In this document: positions 15,472 through 28,666 of the stretch, in pieces
Numbering within the stretch: position 1 is the stretch's first letter
Layout of the letters: each line of letters opens with the position of its first letter
Source of the DNA: the human T2T-CHM13v2.0 reference genome, Homo sapiens
Assembly (NCBI RefSeq): GCF_009914755.1
Contig: NC_060932.1
Direction: 5' to 3' (one strand)
Length of the DNA: 64,000 nt
Translations under genes and position numbers: made by a program
Notes under the pieces: generated by a model
The model's input: the letters and a program-made list of their open reading frames with translations, nothing else
Databases searched by the model: none
Told to the model about the DNA's origin: nothing

Positions 15472-16200
15472 TGATTTCTAATTTAAGTCAATTGTGATGA
15501 GAGAACACACCTTGTATAAACTGAAATATTTTACATTTACTGAGGCTTATTTTGTGGTTCAGAATAGGGTCCATTTCAGTAATGTTCCATGTGCATTCAA
15601 AAAGGATGTACATTTTGCTATTGTTGGATGATGTGTTATGGAAATGTAAAATAGCTCTAGTTGGTTGATAATGAAAGTTTCCTACATCTTTACTGGTTTT
15701 CTACTTGCTCTATCAATTATTGTGAGAGGGGTATTGAAATCACTGACCATATTTATGGATTTGTCTATTTTTTCTTGTACTTCTATTAGATGTTTTTCCT
15801 ACCAGACTTGTTTGAGCTCCTTATATATTCTGGTTATTAATCCCTTGTCAGATGGGTAGTTTGCAAATATTTTCTCCCATTCTGTAGGCTGTCTTTTCAC
15901 CTTGTTGACTGTTTCCTTTGCTGTGCAGAAACATTTTAAGTTGATGAGATCGCATTTGTCCAGTTTTGCTTTTATTGCTCATGTTTGTGGGCTATTATTC
16001 AAGAAATCTTTGCTCAGTCTAATTCCCTAAAGTTTTATTATAGTAATTTTATAGTATGAGGTCTTAGATTTAAATTTAATCAGCTTTGGTTTGACTTTTT
16101 TTATATTGTGAGATATAAGGGTCTAGTTTTATTCTTCTTTATATGGATATCCAGTTTTCCCAGCACCATTTATTGAAGAGACTGTTCTTTCCTCAATGTA

Positions 16201-16340
16201 TAAAAGGGATAAAAACTACTCAGGTTATAGGTGTACTAAAATCTCAGACTTCATCACTCTACAATTCATCCATGTAACCATAAACTACTTGTACCCCAAA
16301 AGCTATTGAGATAAAAAATATTTAAAATCAAATCAAATAA
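16201..16340 (+). mobile_element. L1PB-type 3' terminus
   Basis: gtgtactaaaatctcagacttcatcactctacaattcatccatgtaacc...ttgtaccccaaaagctattgagataaaaaa. Confidence 0.75.
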
Positions 16341-16854
16341 ATGTTCAGCAGTGAAGCCATCTGGTCCTGGGCTTTTCTTTGCCAGGAGACATTTTATTAT
16401 GGCTTCAATCTCATTACTTGTTACTGGGCTGTTCAGGTTTAGGATTTCTTCATGGTTCAATCTTGGTAGGTTATATGTGTCTAGGAACTTACCCATTTCT
16501 TTCAGGTTTTTACAATTTATTGTCATACAGTTTCTCATATTAACCACTAATGATCTTTTAAATTCCTACAGTATCAGTTGTAATGTTTCCTTTCTCATCT
16601 TCGATTTTATTTATTTGTGTCTTCTCTTTTTTCTTAGTCTGGCTAAAGGTTTGTAAATTTTCTTTATCTTTTCAAAAAGCCAACTTTTCACTCATTGATC
16701 TTTTGTATTTTTTTCATTTCAATTTCATTCATTTTTGCTCGGATTTTTATTATTTCTTTTCTTCTGCTAATTTGGGGTTTCGTTTGCTCTTGCTTTTCTA
16801 GTTCTTTAAGATGCAACATTGGTTGTTTATCTGAAGTTTTTCTATTTTTTTGGT

Positions 16855-16965
16855 GTACACACTGGATAGTTGGAGAATTGATTGTCTGGACAGTTGGAGA
16901 ATTGGTTGATGTGGTGGGGAGAGGAAACACGCACATTTCGTGTCACAAATGTTGTGAGCAACAAC
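16855..16965 (+). mobile_element. LTR 3'-end fragment (MER21-group-like) with a ~24-bp tandem duplication
   Basis: ctggatagttggagaattgattg / ctggacagttggagaattggttg followed by gtggggagaggaaacacgcacatttcgtgtcac. Confidence 0.5.
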
Positions 16966-17470
16966 AGTTCATTATATCCTTTATTAGGTTGGAGAAGACT
17001 ACACTTTGTGAACAAGTGCTCTAAAGTTTGTAAAATATATCCTAAAATCATCACAATCTAACCTCACATAATATTATACTTACTTCATGCATAATGTAAG
17101 AACCTTGTTGTATGCTTATATTTATCCCTTCCTGTTCTCTGGGCTATTTTCTTCTACATATTTTATAAATCCCACAATGCATTGTCATTAATTTGATTTA
17201 TACATTAAATTATGTTTTAATAAATGCCTGTTTATTTGTCCTTATATTTAGTGTTTCTAACACTCTTCGTTCTTTGTGCATAACAAATTTTTTCTATTTC
17301 TTTTTCCTTTAGCCTGAAGAACTTCGTTGAATCCTTTTTTTTCACTGCTTTCCTTTTAAAACAGCCTACTTACAATCCATCTGAAAATTCTTCTCTCTTT
17401 TACCAAAATATAACCAGAACACTAAATCATCTCACATTTTCCAGAAATATTGCAGTTCAATCCATTGTAC

Positions 17471-18268
17471 TTTCTTTTTTTTTTTTAACTTTTCTTTTAT
17501 GTTCAAGAGTACATGTGCAGGTTTGTTATATAGGTAAACTTGTGTTACGGGGATTTGTTGTACAGATTATTTCATCACCCAAGTATTAAGCCTGGTACCC
17601 ATTAGTTATTTTTCCTGATCTTCCCGCTTCTCCTACCCTCCACTCTTTGATAGGCCCCAGTGTGTTTTGTTGCCCTCTTTGTGTTCATGTGTTCTCGTCA
17701 TTTAGCACCCACTTGTCAGTGAGAACATGTGGTATTTGGTTTTCTGTTCCCACTTTAGTTTGCTTAGGATAGTGGCCTCCAGATCCATCCATGTCCTGCA
17801 AAAGACATTATCTCATTCTTTTTCATGGCTGCATAGTATTTCATGGTGTATATGTACCATATTTTCTTTATTCAATATATCATTGATGGGCATTTAGGTT
17901 GATTCTATGTCTTTGCTATTGTGAATAGTGCTGCAATGAACATATGCGTGCATGCGTCCTTATACTACAATGACTTATATTCCTTCGGGTATATGCCCAG
18001 TAATGAGATTGCTGAGTCAAATGGTATTTCTGTTTTTAGGTTTCTGAAGAATTACTACACTGTTTTCCACAATGGTTGAATTAATTTACACTCCCACCAA
18101 TGCTCTGTAAGCTCTCCTTTTTCTCCACAACCTTGCCAGTATCTATTATTTTTTGACTTTTTAGTAATAGCCATTCTGACTGGTGTGAGATGGTATCTCA
18201 TTGTGGTTTTGATTTGCATTTCTCTAATGACCAGTGATGTTGAGCTTGTTAAAATATGATTGCTGGTG
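17471..18268 (-). mobile_element. 5'-truncated older L1PA (about L1PA13-16)
   Basis: Reverse 3'UTR gtacatgtgcaggtttgttatataggtaaac...gtacagattatttcatcaccc; ORF2 tail peptide [18 protein letters not shown]; approximate TSD cattgta. Confidence 0.9.
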
Positions 18269-18493
18269 CATTGTATTAATAGTTTCATGTCTTAATTATT
18301 GCAGCGGTCTCCTAATTGGTCTCTCTCCTTTCAGTATTATTCCCCTACTGTTTAGTCTTAACACAGCCATGATAGCAGAGTCTCACTCTGTTGCTCAGGC
18401 CAGAGTGCAGTGGTGCAATCTGAGGCATTGTTGGCCATCATAAGAACCTTGGGATTTAGTCTGAATGAAGTTCTTTTAGAATATAAGTTAATT

Positions 18494-19152
18494 TTCATTG
18501 TTTAACTCCCACTTAGGAGTGAGAACATGTGGTGTTTGGTTTTCTGTTCTTGTGTTAGTTTGCTGTGAATGATGGTTTCCAGCTTCATCCATGTCCCTGC
18601 AAAGGACATGAACTCATCCTTTTCTATGGCTGCATTATGCCACAGTGTATATGTGCCACATTTTCTTTATCCAGTTTATCATTGATGGGCATTTGGGTTG
18701 GTTCCAAGTCTTTGATATTGTGAACAGTGCCACAATAAACATGTGTGTCCATGTGCTCTTATAGTAGAATGATTTATAATCCTAGGGGTATATATCTAGT
18801 AATAGAATTGCTGGGTCAAATGGTATTTCTGGTTCTAGATCCTTGAGGAATTGCCACACTGTCTTCCACAATGGTTGAACTAATTTACACTCCCACCGAC
18901 AGTGTAAAAGCATAGGGAGGGAAACATCACATACTGGGGCCTGTTGGGGGGTGGGGGACTAAAGGAAGGATAGCAATAGGAGAAATACCTAATGTAGATG
19001 ATGGGTTGATGGGTGCAGCAAACCACCATGGCACGTGTATACCTATGTAACAAACCTGCACGTTCTGCACATGTACTCCAGAACTTAAAGTATAATTTAA
19101 AAAAAAAGAATTAAAAAAATTTTGTTTTAATGTAAAATAAATAAATACATAA
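18494..19152 (+). mobile_element. L1PA (about PA7-8) with 5' inversion: 18494-18913 antisense, 18914-19152 sense plus tail
   Basis: 14-bp TSD AATATAAGTTAATT (18480-18493, 19153-19166); the two segments are nearly adjacent in L1 coordinates. Confidence 0.92.
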
Positions 19153-20091
19153 AATATAAGTTAATTCATGACTTCCCTATGCTCAGAACTCTAGAATGAC
19201 TTCTACTTCATTCAGACTAAATCCCAAGTTTCTTATGATAGCCAACAATGCCTTATACACATCATTCCCTTTTATCTATCTGACTATGTTTTCCTAGTCC
19301 TGTCTATTACTTCACTCAGCCACACTGTTTGCCTTGCAGTTTCTCTAATACACAGACACTCTTTCCTCAGGGCATTTGCTTTGTTAATCTTTTCATCAAC
19401 TACTGCTAAGAAATGCCTTCAAGTGTTTTTTTTCTTCATTTAACCTTGAAAGTAGGGCCTTCTATGGCTACACTGTTTAATTAACCACCACACTCTACAT
19501 TAGTCCCACCTAAGACATTTGTCTGATAAAATTTATCACTTTGAAAAATATTAAAGATTTGATGTATTTATTGTCTGTCTCTAATTAATGGTCCATGAAG
19601 TCAGTTACTTTTAGAAAAATTCAGTCCTATTTAGTTCTTAAGAAAATTTTCTGCCACAAAGAAAGGGTTGAATAAATATTTGTGAAATTTAAGAAAGAAA
19701 TAAAGTAAAAGAATATGCAGGTATAAATCTAACAACGTATGTGCAATGTCTATATGCTGAAAACTACAAAACACTGATAAAATAAATCAAAGCTTTAAAT
19801 AAATGGAAATGTAGTTCACATTTATGGAATGCAAGTCTCAATAATGTTAGGATGTCAACGTTTCCCAAAGATTTCTATAAATGGAATACAATTTTAATCA
19901 AAATTCTAGCAAGATTTTTGGTAGATATATGAAAAGGTAGAGGAACTAATAAGCAAAACACTTTGAAAACAGAACACAGTGGAAAAACTCACACTGCCCA
20001 ATTTCAAGAGTTACTACACAGCTGCAGTCATCAAAACAGTGTAATATTGACAAAAGCAAAAACACAGAGATCAATGGAACACAGAAATCCA

Positions 20092-23000
20092 GGGGACTCA
20101 GATAGCCAACTAAATGCAGCCAGGAGGAATATATGCAGGATATCAAGAAGATTGGTGGACCCTGAGCTGATCTGTTGAGGGAAAGCATTGAGAGTGAAGG
20201 GAGAGAAGACACAGATGCTAAGATCAAAGGCATGGAACCTGGAATCCCTGCATGTAGCTATTGCACACAGGACTCGTTCCTGACCCTCTGTGATTCCTGG
20301 GGAAGAGATGACTTGAACGGGTGAGAAATGATCTATTCTCACCAGGAACCTCTGGAATCCTGGCAGCAGGAGACCCTACAACCTTCATGGACACTTGAGC
20401 TGGCAGGTAGAGCTGCTTGGAGAGATGGTAGGGGCAGGACTCAAGCCTGTGTGGAACCCAGAGAGTCTGATGTGGAAATTTCTGCATTGGAGCATGGCCA
20501 GGGACACCTATCCCCTAAAAGTCACCATGCTCCTCTCACACACAGAAACCTTAAGGGACTGTCAGACCTGGATAGAGCAGGTGTGCCCATGAGTTGGCAC
20601 CAGTCCAACCTGAGTGTCCCCTCTGTCCGCAGGTCTCCCCTGGGTACACAGCCTGGCAGTGCCTTCTTGCAGTGCAGCCTCAGATGTCCGACCAGGGTGC
20701 TTTCCGGGGGCCCTCATCACAGCTTATTTGCTGGTAAACCACACCTAACTGTCAGAGAACTCCAGCAGAGCATCCCTGCTTACATCACCAGTCCATGTGC
20801 ACCCTTCCCTTGCCACAGCCTGTCCTACGCTACTTCACCAGAGTGCACTTGCCCATGGCTAGTCTCCATCCCCTCATCACCTTGCCAGTTTGTGATGCGT
20901 GGACCTCATTACCTCCTCTTCCCTGCCAGACCATGTGAGCTCACTGCAACACCATCCCTTCCACCACAACACTGCTGCCAGGGTGAGCACACCCTGTCCC
21001 CCACCACATCTGCTGGCAACCTCCTCCCATGCAGCCACCATCATGGCTGCAAACTCACACACAGAGACTAGAAGCCCTGATCCATCCAGCATTCTGCCAC
21101 TGCCATCATCACCACCAACATGAGCATGCACAGGAACATAGCAGCCTTGCTCCCACCAGGACCCCACCTCAGCCAATGCACATGTACCCTGCCTGCTGCC
21201 TCTCCTGTTGGCATACACAAACAAGCCTCAATCCCACTGCCACCACCCCAACTAACTGCTTTGTCCAGCACCACCCAGCAGATTGATGTAGTCATCTCTC
21301 TGGGAACACCTTGTCCACTCTAGTGCAGCAGGTTCTAACCTGGAGGGGCCAGAGAACAAAGCCAGGGGTCTGAAACCAGCCCCCCAGAGTTAGAGCACAC
21401 AGCCCTGGAGTGTTGAGTTGAGCCCTAGCCCCCGAAATTCTTTCAGAAATGACCAGTTGACTAAGCCCACCTTATACCACAATCAAATCCCCAACAGCAT
21501 CAAAGAAGATAAAAGAAAAAATAAATCCAAAGGGCAGCAGCTTCAAAGATTGAAGGAACATCAGCCCACACAAAAGAGAAAGAACCAGTGCAAGAACTCT
21601 GGTGACTCAAAAAGCCAGTGTCTTCTTACCTCCAAATGATCATACCAGTTCCCCAGTAATGAACGGTTCTTAACCAGGCTGAAATGGTTGAAATGACAGT
21701 AATAGAATTCAGAATATGGATAGGAACAAAAGTCATCAAGATTCAGGAGAAAGTTGAAACCCAATCCTAGGATTCTAAGAAAAATAATAAAATAATAAAG
21801 GATATAAAAGATGAAATGACCATTTTAAGAAAGAACTGAACTGAACTGATAAAGCTAAAAAACTCACTTTAAGAATTTCAAAAAACAATTGCAATTATCC
21901 ACAACAGAATCAACCAAGCTGAGGAAAGAATCTCAGAACTCAAAGATAGGTTCTCCCAAATAAATCAGGCAAAAATAAAGAAAAGAGATTAAAGAAGAAT
22001 GAAAAAAATCCTTCAAGAAATATGGGATTATGTAGAGACCAAATCTGTAACTCATTGATATGATATTCCTGAAAGAGAGAGAGAGAAAGCAAGCAACTTG
22101 GAAAACATATTTCAGGATATCATCCATGAAAATTTCCCCAACCTTGCTAGAGAGGGTTACATTCAAATTCAGGAAATGAAGAGAACCCCTGCCAGGTACT
22201 ATACAAGATGACTATCTCAAGACACCTGGTTGTCAGATTCTCCAAGTTTGAAATGAAAGAAAAAATATTAAAGTCAGCTGGAGAGAAGAGGCAGGTCACC
22301 TACAAAGGCTACCCCATTAGGCTACCAGTGGACCATTCAGCAGACATCTGACAGGCCAGAAGAGATTGGGGGCTTGTACTCAGCATTGTCAAAGAAAAGA
22401 AATTCCAACCAAGAATTTCATATCCCACCAAACTAAGCTTCATAAGTGAAGGAGACATAACACCCTTTTCAGGGAAGCAAATGCTAATGGAATTCCTTAC
22501 CAACAGACTTGCCTTATAAGAGGTCCTGAAGGGAGTGCTAAACATGAAAAAGAAAGACAACTACTGGCCACTACTAAAGCATACTTATGTACAAAGACCA
22601 TTGACACTATAAAGCAACCATACAAACAAGTCTGCATAACAACCACCTAACAACATGATGACAGAATCAAATCCATGTATATCAATTTAAACCTTGAATG
22701 TAAACAGCTAAATGCTCCAATTAAAAGACATAGGGTGGGCTGGGCTCATGCCTGTAATCCCAGCACTTTGGGAGGCCAAGGTGGGCGGATCACGAGGTCA
22801 GGAAGTCGAGACCATCCTGGCTAACATGGTGAAACCCCATCTCTACTAAAAATACAAAAATTAGCCAGGCATGGTGGCGGGTGCCTGTAGTCCCAGCTAC
22901 TAGAGAGGCTGAGGCAGGAGGATGGTGTGAATCCAGGAGGCAGAGCTTGCAGTGAGTGGAGATTAAGCCACTGCACTCCAGACTGCGCTACAGAGCAAGA

Positions 23001-23203
23001 CTCCATCTCAAAAACAACAACAACAACAACAACAACAACACATAGGGTGGGAAGTTGCATAAGGAAGCAAGACTCGATAGTATGCTGTCTTTAAAAGACT
23101 CGTTTCACATGCAGTGACACCCATAGGCTCAAAATAAAGGAATGGGGAAAAAATCTACAAGCAAATGGAAAACAGAAGAAAAAGCAGGGACTGCTATTCT
23201 AAT
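20092..23203 (+). mobile_element. 5' half of an older primate L1 (L1PA15-16/L1PB-like): 5'UTR, decayed ORF1, start of ORF2
   Basis: GC/CAC-rich 5'UTR; ORF1 motifs (gaaaatttccccaaccttgctagaga, agaatttcatatcccaccaaactaagcttcataagtgaagga); ORF2 start at 22658 reads [15 protein letters not shown]; ends in the KAG-AILI endonuclease motif. Confidence 0.88.
22738..23039 (+). mobile_element. Alu (late AluS/AluY-like) with (CAA)n tail
   Basis: Dimeric Alu with TSD ACATAGGGTG (22728-22737, 23040-23049). Confidence 0.95.
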
Positions 23204-24679
23204 CTACTAGAATGGCTAAAATAATCATTGATAATACCCTATGCTGACAAGGATACACATAGGAATTTTCATATGTCATTCATGCAAATGCAAAATAGTA
23301 TGGCCTCTTTGAAAGACAGTATGGCAATTTCTTATAAAGTTAAATATAAATGAGCCACACAATTTCATTCTACTCAGAAATATTTATCTAGAAAAAATAA
23401 AACTTTTTGTTCATACAAAAACTTTTGTCTGTGTTTGTAGTAGCTTTGTTATTAACAGCCCCAAACTAGAAGCAACTCAAATGGCCTTCAACTGGTGAAT
23501 AGATAAGCAAGACATAGCACATTTATACAATGGAATGCACCCTGCCTGCTGCCAATTAGAAGGAAAGAACTACTAAAACATGCATTGTGCTAAATGAAAG
23601 AAAACAGACTCAAAAGTCTATGTACTACATGATCCCATTAATATGAATAATAAATTGGAGTGGAGGGATTGATTAAATGGGGGCAAAGAGAATTTATTTT
23701 GGAAGTGATAAACATGTTCTCTATCTTTATATCTTGATTCTGGTGGTGATTACAAGGTAGTATGCATTTTTTTCAAAACATGCTTAACACAAAAAGAGGA
23801 AATTTTACTGCTTGAGAATTACACTTTAGTTTAAAAATGGCGTAAAGATTTATTCAATCATTCCATACGATTTTTATAGAATAAATCATAGAAATAGAAA
23901 TTACATAATTTCAGCCTTTACACTGGTGAAGAACTGAACTCTCTGTGAATTTGGGAATGTGTAGGTAATAGATTATAATATTAGCTCATCATAACCGTGA
24001 GAGTAGTGAAGATGCATTAATTAGCACTAGGATTGCATGACATTTATCTTTGCAATTTCTTTTTGTAAGAAGTTCATATATGTTTATTTTAAAAATTCTA
24101 AGAACACTTATGCCATGGGAATATTTATTATGTAAATATTCCCTTTAGTGTTTTATAAAATCTTAAATTTTAGACCTTTTCAAGTATTGTCAAGCAAATG
24201 AGCTATTAGAATCAAGTGGACTAAAATTATTTTAGTTACCACCTATCTTCCAAAGTCATCCAAGCAGAACAATAGCAACTCTCATGAAGACTGTGAAGTG
24301 CTTATTTTTATAAGGAAGGCAGGGATTTTGAAAAAGTAAAGAAGGTACAGCCTGAAGCTGTCTTCCTTTAATGTATTCATCAGTGTCAAAAGCTGACTCT
24401 GTTGTATCTTCTATAAGGTATGATTTTTCCCATGGATTTTTTGCTGTCTAGGAGAGCATCAGAACTGTCCCACCTCCTGCATATATTATATGTAGAGCAC
24501 TCAGGCTCCAAAAATAGTTTCATTATAAAACCATTCTCTCTAGAAGGGCTGCTTACCTATGTCATGCCCACTGTACGTGAGGCTACCTGATCTGGATACG
24601 CCTCTACATAAAAATCTGGCAGAATTCTTGTATTCAAGACATTATAAGGCCAGCAAAGGATTTGTTAAGAAAGACTGAG

Positions 24680-25052
<373 letters not shown>

Positions 25053-25114
25053 TTACAGTAATCCTTAAAGATACACTTTCTCTCTGGCTGGAACTGGAGA
25101 AAGTGAGTGATTGA

Positions 25115-25620
25115 TACAGAGTAAGCTTTAGGGTCAGATTTCTTGAATCCCTGCACTTCCAGTTACTAATTGTGTAACTTTGGGCAAATTACTTCATCTC
25201 TCACTGCCTTTCCTTTCCTCATTTGTCAAATGGAAACAATTGCAATAGCTATCTCTTTTGTTTGTTGGGATTTAGAACATGAAAAGCGTCATAGTACAAT
25301 GCCCAGCGGAGAATAAATACTCCCTGTTATAAAGAGCATATGCTGTGGCTGAGACTGACCTGAAATCCTACTTGTATCTATCATTATAAGCTGGATGACA
25401 GTGAGCAATTTGTGAAACTCTCTGTCTTTCAGTTTCCTGATGGTAAATGTGCTCACCTAAAGAAATTATTGTGCACATAAATGAAAAATTATCTTGTACT
25501 TTTGTGATAATTATTATGTACTTTGTGAAAAATTATCACAAAGACTAAATTAATTGTGCATTTAAAGTGTTCTGTGGAGTGCCTGTAACAAAGGATTTGT
25601 TCAATATATTTAACTACTTG
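25115..25620 (+). mobile_element. Two tandem MIRs
   Basis: Cores tgtgtaactttgggcaaattacttcatctctc...cctcatttgtcaaatgg and ctctctgtctttcagtttcctga. Confidence 0.7.
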
Positions 25621-26254
25621 TTACTACGACTACTGTAAGTATTATTAGCTTCTGTATTATATTCTTAACAAATGCCATTCAGTGGAATTTAAAGAGGGGG
25701 ATTCACTTCAGATGTGTCTTAAAAATTCATATTGGACAAATGTCAAAGGACTGAGTATAAAGATCAATATTTGACCAAAGCCAAAGCCAGAGCCAAATAT
25801 TGCCACCTCATTTTATAGGATACCAATTAAATCTGGAATTTAATTTAAAAAGTAAATATTATTATCACCAGCATTTCATTGTTAAAATCCAGTAAGCTTT
25901 TAAAATTCTGATATTTGTATTTCTAAATGTTAATAAGCAATGATTTCTCAGCATTGTCAGATTCAAGATTTTTTCTTATGTCCCTATACTATACTTTGTA
26001 ACACTAAATTATTATTTTATTTTAAAATCGGTTGTGGAGCAAGGATTTTCCTTTATTTGCTATCTCTGAAGGTATAAGCTAAATGTTATGTCCAAGAGTT
26101 TAAGCTTGCCTTCTGCTCTGATTTTAAATGATTTAAGCATATGCTTGTATTCTCTTTAAGTCATGGACTTAAATATTTAGTTGAGAGTAGTGAAAAAATT
26201 TTATTTAATAAAACTTTCAATGCAAAGCTTTGTTTACTCATTAAAGAAGACATG

Positions 26255-26600
26255 GACTTAGTCCAGCTTCCCTAAAAAGCAGAGCCTATGGCAAATTTCA
26301 AGCACTAACACTTTATCAGGAGGTGAAATTCAGAGCAGTAAGATTGAGGGGAAAGTGAAGTGAGCAGGAAAGAAAGTGGAAAGTGGGCGTATTTGTGAGC
26401 TCGCCACAGCTCAATGCAAAGTTGTGAACAGTCATTTGGTTGTACAGGACACCTCCGATCAGGCCCGACAGAAACATGCTGCCTTAGAATAGTCCCCTAG
26501 GGGGAGGAAAGGAGAGAAGTTCATTTGCTGGTTCTCTTTTGTCTCTTGTCCATCATTTATCAATTATTATGCCAAGGGCAGTACCTCCCCTATATTTTTA
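26255..26600 (-). mobile_element. LTR16-like ERVL LTR (putative 3' LTR)
   Basis: cttagtccagcttccctaaaaagcagagcct...ctttatcaggaggtgaaattc; similar to the element at ~29930. Confidence 0.6.
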
Positions 26601-26973
26601 TATGTGAAATATGTATTAATCCTGGTATGGAAAAATAACTACCCTTTCCAATGTGGAAGGAATTAAATAGAGTCAACTTGCCATCAGTTGGTTGTCTGGT
26701 CTGCATGAGGAATGGGCCCAAAATTAATGCTCAGCATCAGTTTCTGCTGTTGACAGTACATGGGACCTGCACTGTGGGACCCATGCCTTGCCTCCATAGT
26801 TCTGAAGCAAGAAAGTAAGCATATATTGCTGGATCCTCACTCTTGATTGGTATAGAGGGGGGAAAAAGCATTTACTTAATCAATGGTGACATACAAATTG
26901 CCAGAGGCTGTATTGTTTGTCTCTGGTAAAGACAAAGCTTCCAGCACAGCTACTACAATAAAAACTACAACCT

Positions 26974-27171
26974 CGTGGACACAGGAAGGGGAACATCACA
27001 CACCGGGGCCTGTTGTGGGGTGGGGTGGGGGGAGGAATAGCATTAGGAGATATACCTAATGTTAAATGACGAGTTAATGGGTGCAGCACACCAACATGGC
27101 ACATGTATACATATGTAACAAACCTGCACGTTGTGCACATGTAACCTAAAACTTAAAGTATAATAAAAATA
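26974..27171 (+). mobile_element. ~200-bp young L1PA 3' end (about L1PA4)
   Basis: Near-consensus 3'UTR and a perfect 17-bp TSD AATAAAAACTACAACCT (26957-26973, 27172-27188). Confidence 0.95.
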
Positions 27172-27309
27172 AATAAAAACTACAACCTGATTCATTTTCA
27201 GTGGGCCACTGACAGCTAGCATGACAGATCAGGCTTGCAAAAGTCTAATTGAATTGGGGTATGGGGGAAACATAGCCTACGAATCTTTCAAGTCTTTGAT
27301 GGAAGCATT

Positions 27310-27655
27310 CTCTTAGTTTGTGTTTCACCAGAAGCAGAGCCTGAAAGTGGGACTGGGAAGGAGGAAGAGCCAATATATTTTGTGTTATGGAGCTACTGTG
27401 GGATATTGGAGATCAGTGTTTCTGGGCACTGATTGAGGAATTCTGTAGAATGTGCTTCAAAATTTTCCCTCCAAAGATTGAGAGACTAGGGCATTTACCC
27501 ACCAACACTCATGCTCCTTGGTTGAGGACTGCCACTGAAGAATGGGTGTGGGAGTTGCTTGAGGTATGTGTGGTGCAGTCAGTGCAGAAAGAAACTCCCC
27601 CACCGGTAAAGATAAAGGACATGGTTAGCTGAAGGACAGGCACTAATCTCTACAT
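27310..27655 (-). mobile_element. Additional old ERVL-type LTR fragment
   Basis: cttagtttgtgtttcaccagaagcagagcctga...ggcatttacccaccaacactc...ttggttgagg. Confidence 0.5.
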
Positions 27656-28666
27656 CAACCATCCAGGAATTAGGCATTGCTTCTGATTTCCCATTTTGAT
27701 ATATGGGCACTTTAAAGAACTCCATTTGGTTGTCCCTTTCATGAAGCCATTATATATCCCAGTTATTCATTTGGGGCACAGATAAGCAAGCACAGAATAT
27801 GATGAGTGAAAATAAATACATACAATATGAGTGTGTAGACCGATTGTATCCATTTTAAGAAAGACAAGAGCCAAGGTAATTTACCAAATACCTTATATAA
27901 GTCCCATGGTAACAAGGGGACTAAAATGGCATTTTTGTTTCCCTGACATCAGTGTCAGTTTAGACCCTGTATTTAACTGTCTTCAAAAAGTCTGGGTGAT
28001 TTACTTCTTCACTGCATGGTTATTCTGGAAAATGGCAGAGATTTCTATGGGAAAGGATTAATGATAACTAATAACACACCATTATACACACATTTGGTTG
28101 CACTACAGGATTCTTATTCAAGAGAACCTGGACTCTCCCTCAATCAGTGAGTTATGAGACTGTGAAGGGAGTCAGGTCTGAGAACTGGATGAGGTTCTGT
28201 CATTTTAAATTTTGGTGGCTGATGTCAGCCTTTTGCTCACCAGATCTAGATTTCTTCTGATTTTAGAAACCAAGTTATACCTATTAGGGTATCCTTCTAT
28301 CTCCCTGAAGGAATATTAATTACTATAGACACAGATTCCTGTGGGTCAATGCACTTTACTGCTACTCTAACCATGAAGCCCATTATATCAACCTTGCTTA
28401 TGATGGTCCTACAACGTGGCTTCTTCTAGTACAGAATCCCATCTTCCCTAAGAGATTAGGGGGCTTAGCTCCATGGTAGGATCATCCACTGTCAACCATG
28501 GCCTGTATACAAGAGCCACTCAAGTGGATCTCAAAGGCAATAGTGGACTCTTAACCAGCACATTAGTCATTGTTTTAATAGAAAGGTGAGTTCTGGCCTT
28601 CCAAGAAAATATAGTCAGGTGATGGGTTCTAAAATTGCATAATAAATCCATTCTGTCATTGCTATC

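Larger units (their letters stand above)
17360..19690 (+). mobile_element. L2 element fragmented by two L1 insertions and a templated insertion
   Basis: Collinear L2 pieces at ~17360-17470, 18270-18376, 18471-18493 and 19167-19690, ending ...gaataaatatttgtgaaa. Confidence 0.7.
19700..23840 (+). mobile_element. Old L1M ORF2/3'UTR host (pieces ~19700-20090 and ~23204-23840)
   Basis: tatatgctgaaaactacaaaacactgat...aaatcaaag; resumes ctactagaatggctaaa...gccccaaactagaagcaactcaaatg. Confidence 0.75.

Noticed and set aside
15782-16340. Possible second twin-primed L1 (antisense ORF2 block plus sense L1PB tail)
   Set aside because: The segments are far apart in L1 coordinates and I could not find a TSD.
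20328-21071. 247-aa ORF, the longest in the track
   Set aside because: It lies in a GC/C-rich L1 5'UTR where stops are rare, has low-complexity Pro/Ser/His content, and shows no recognisable domain.
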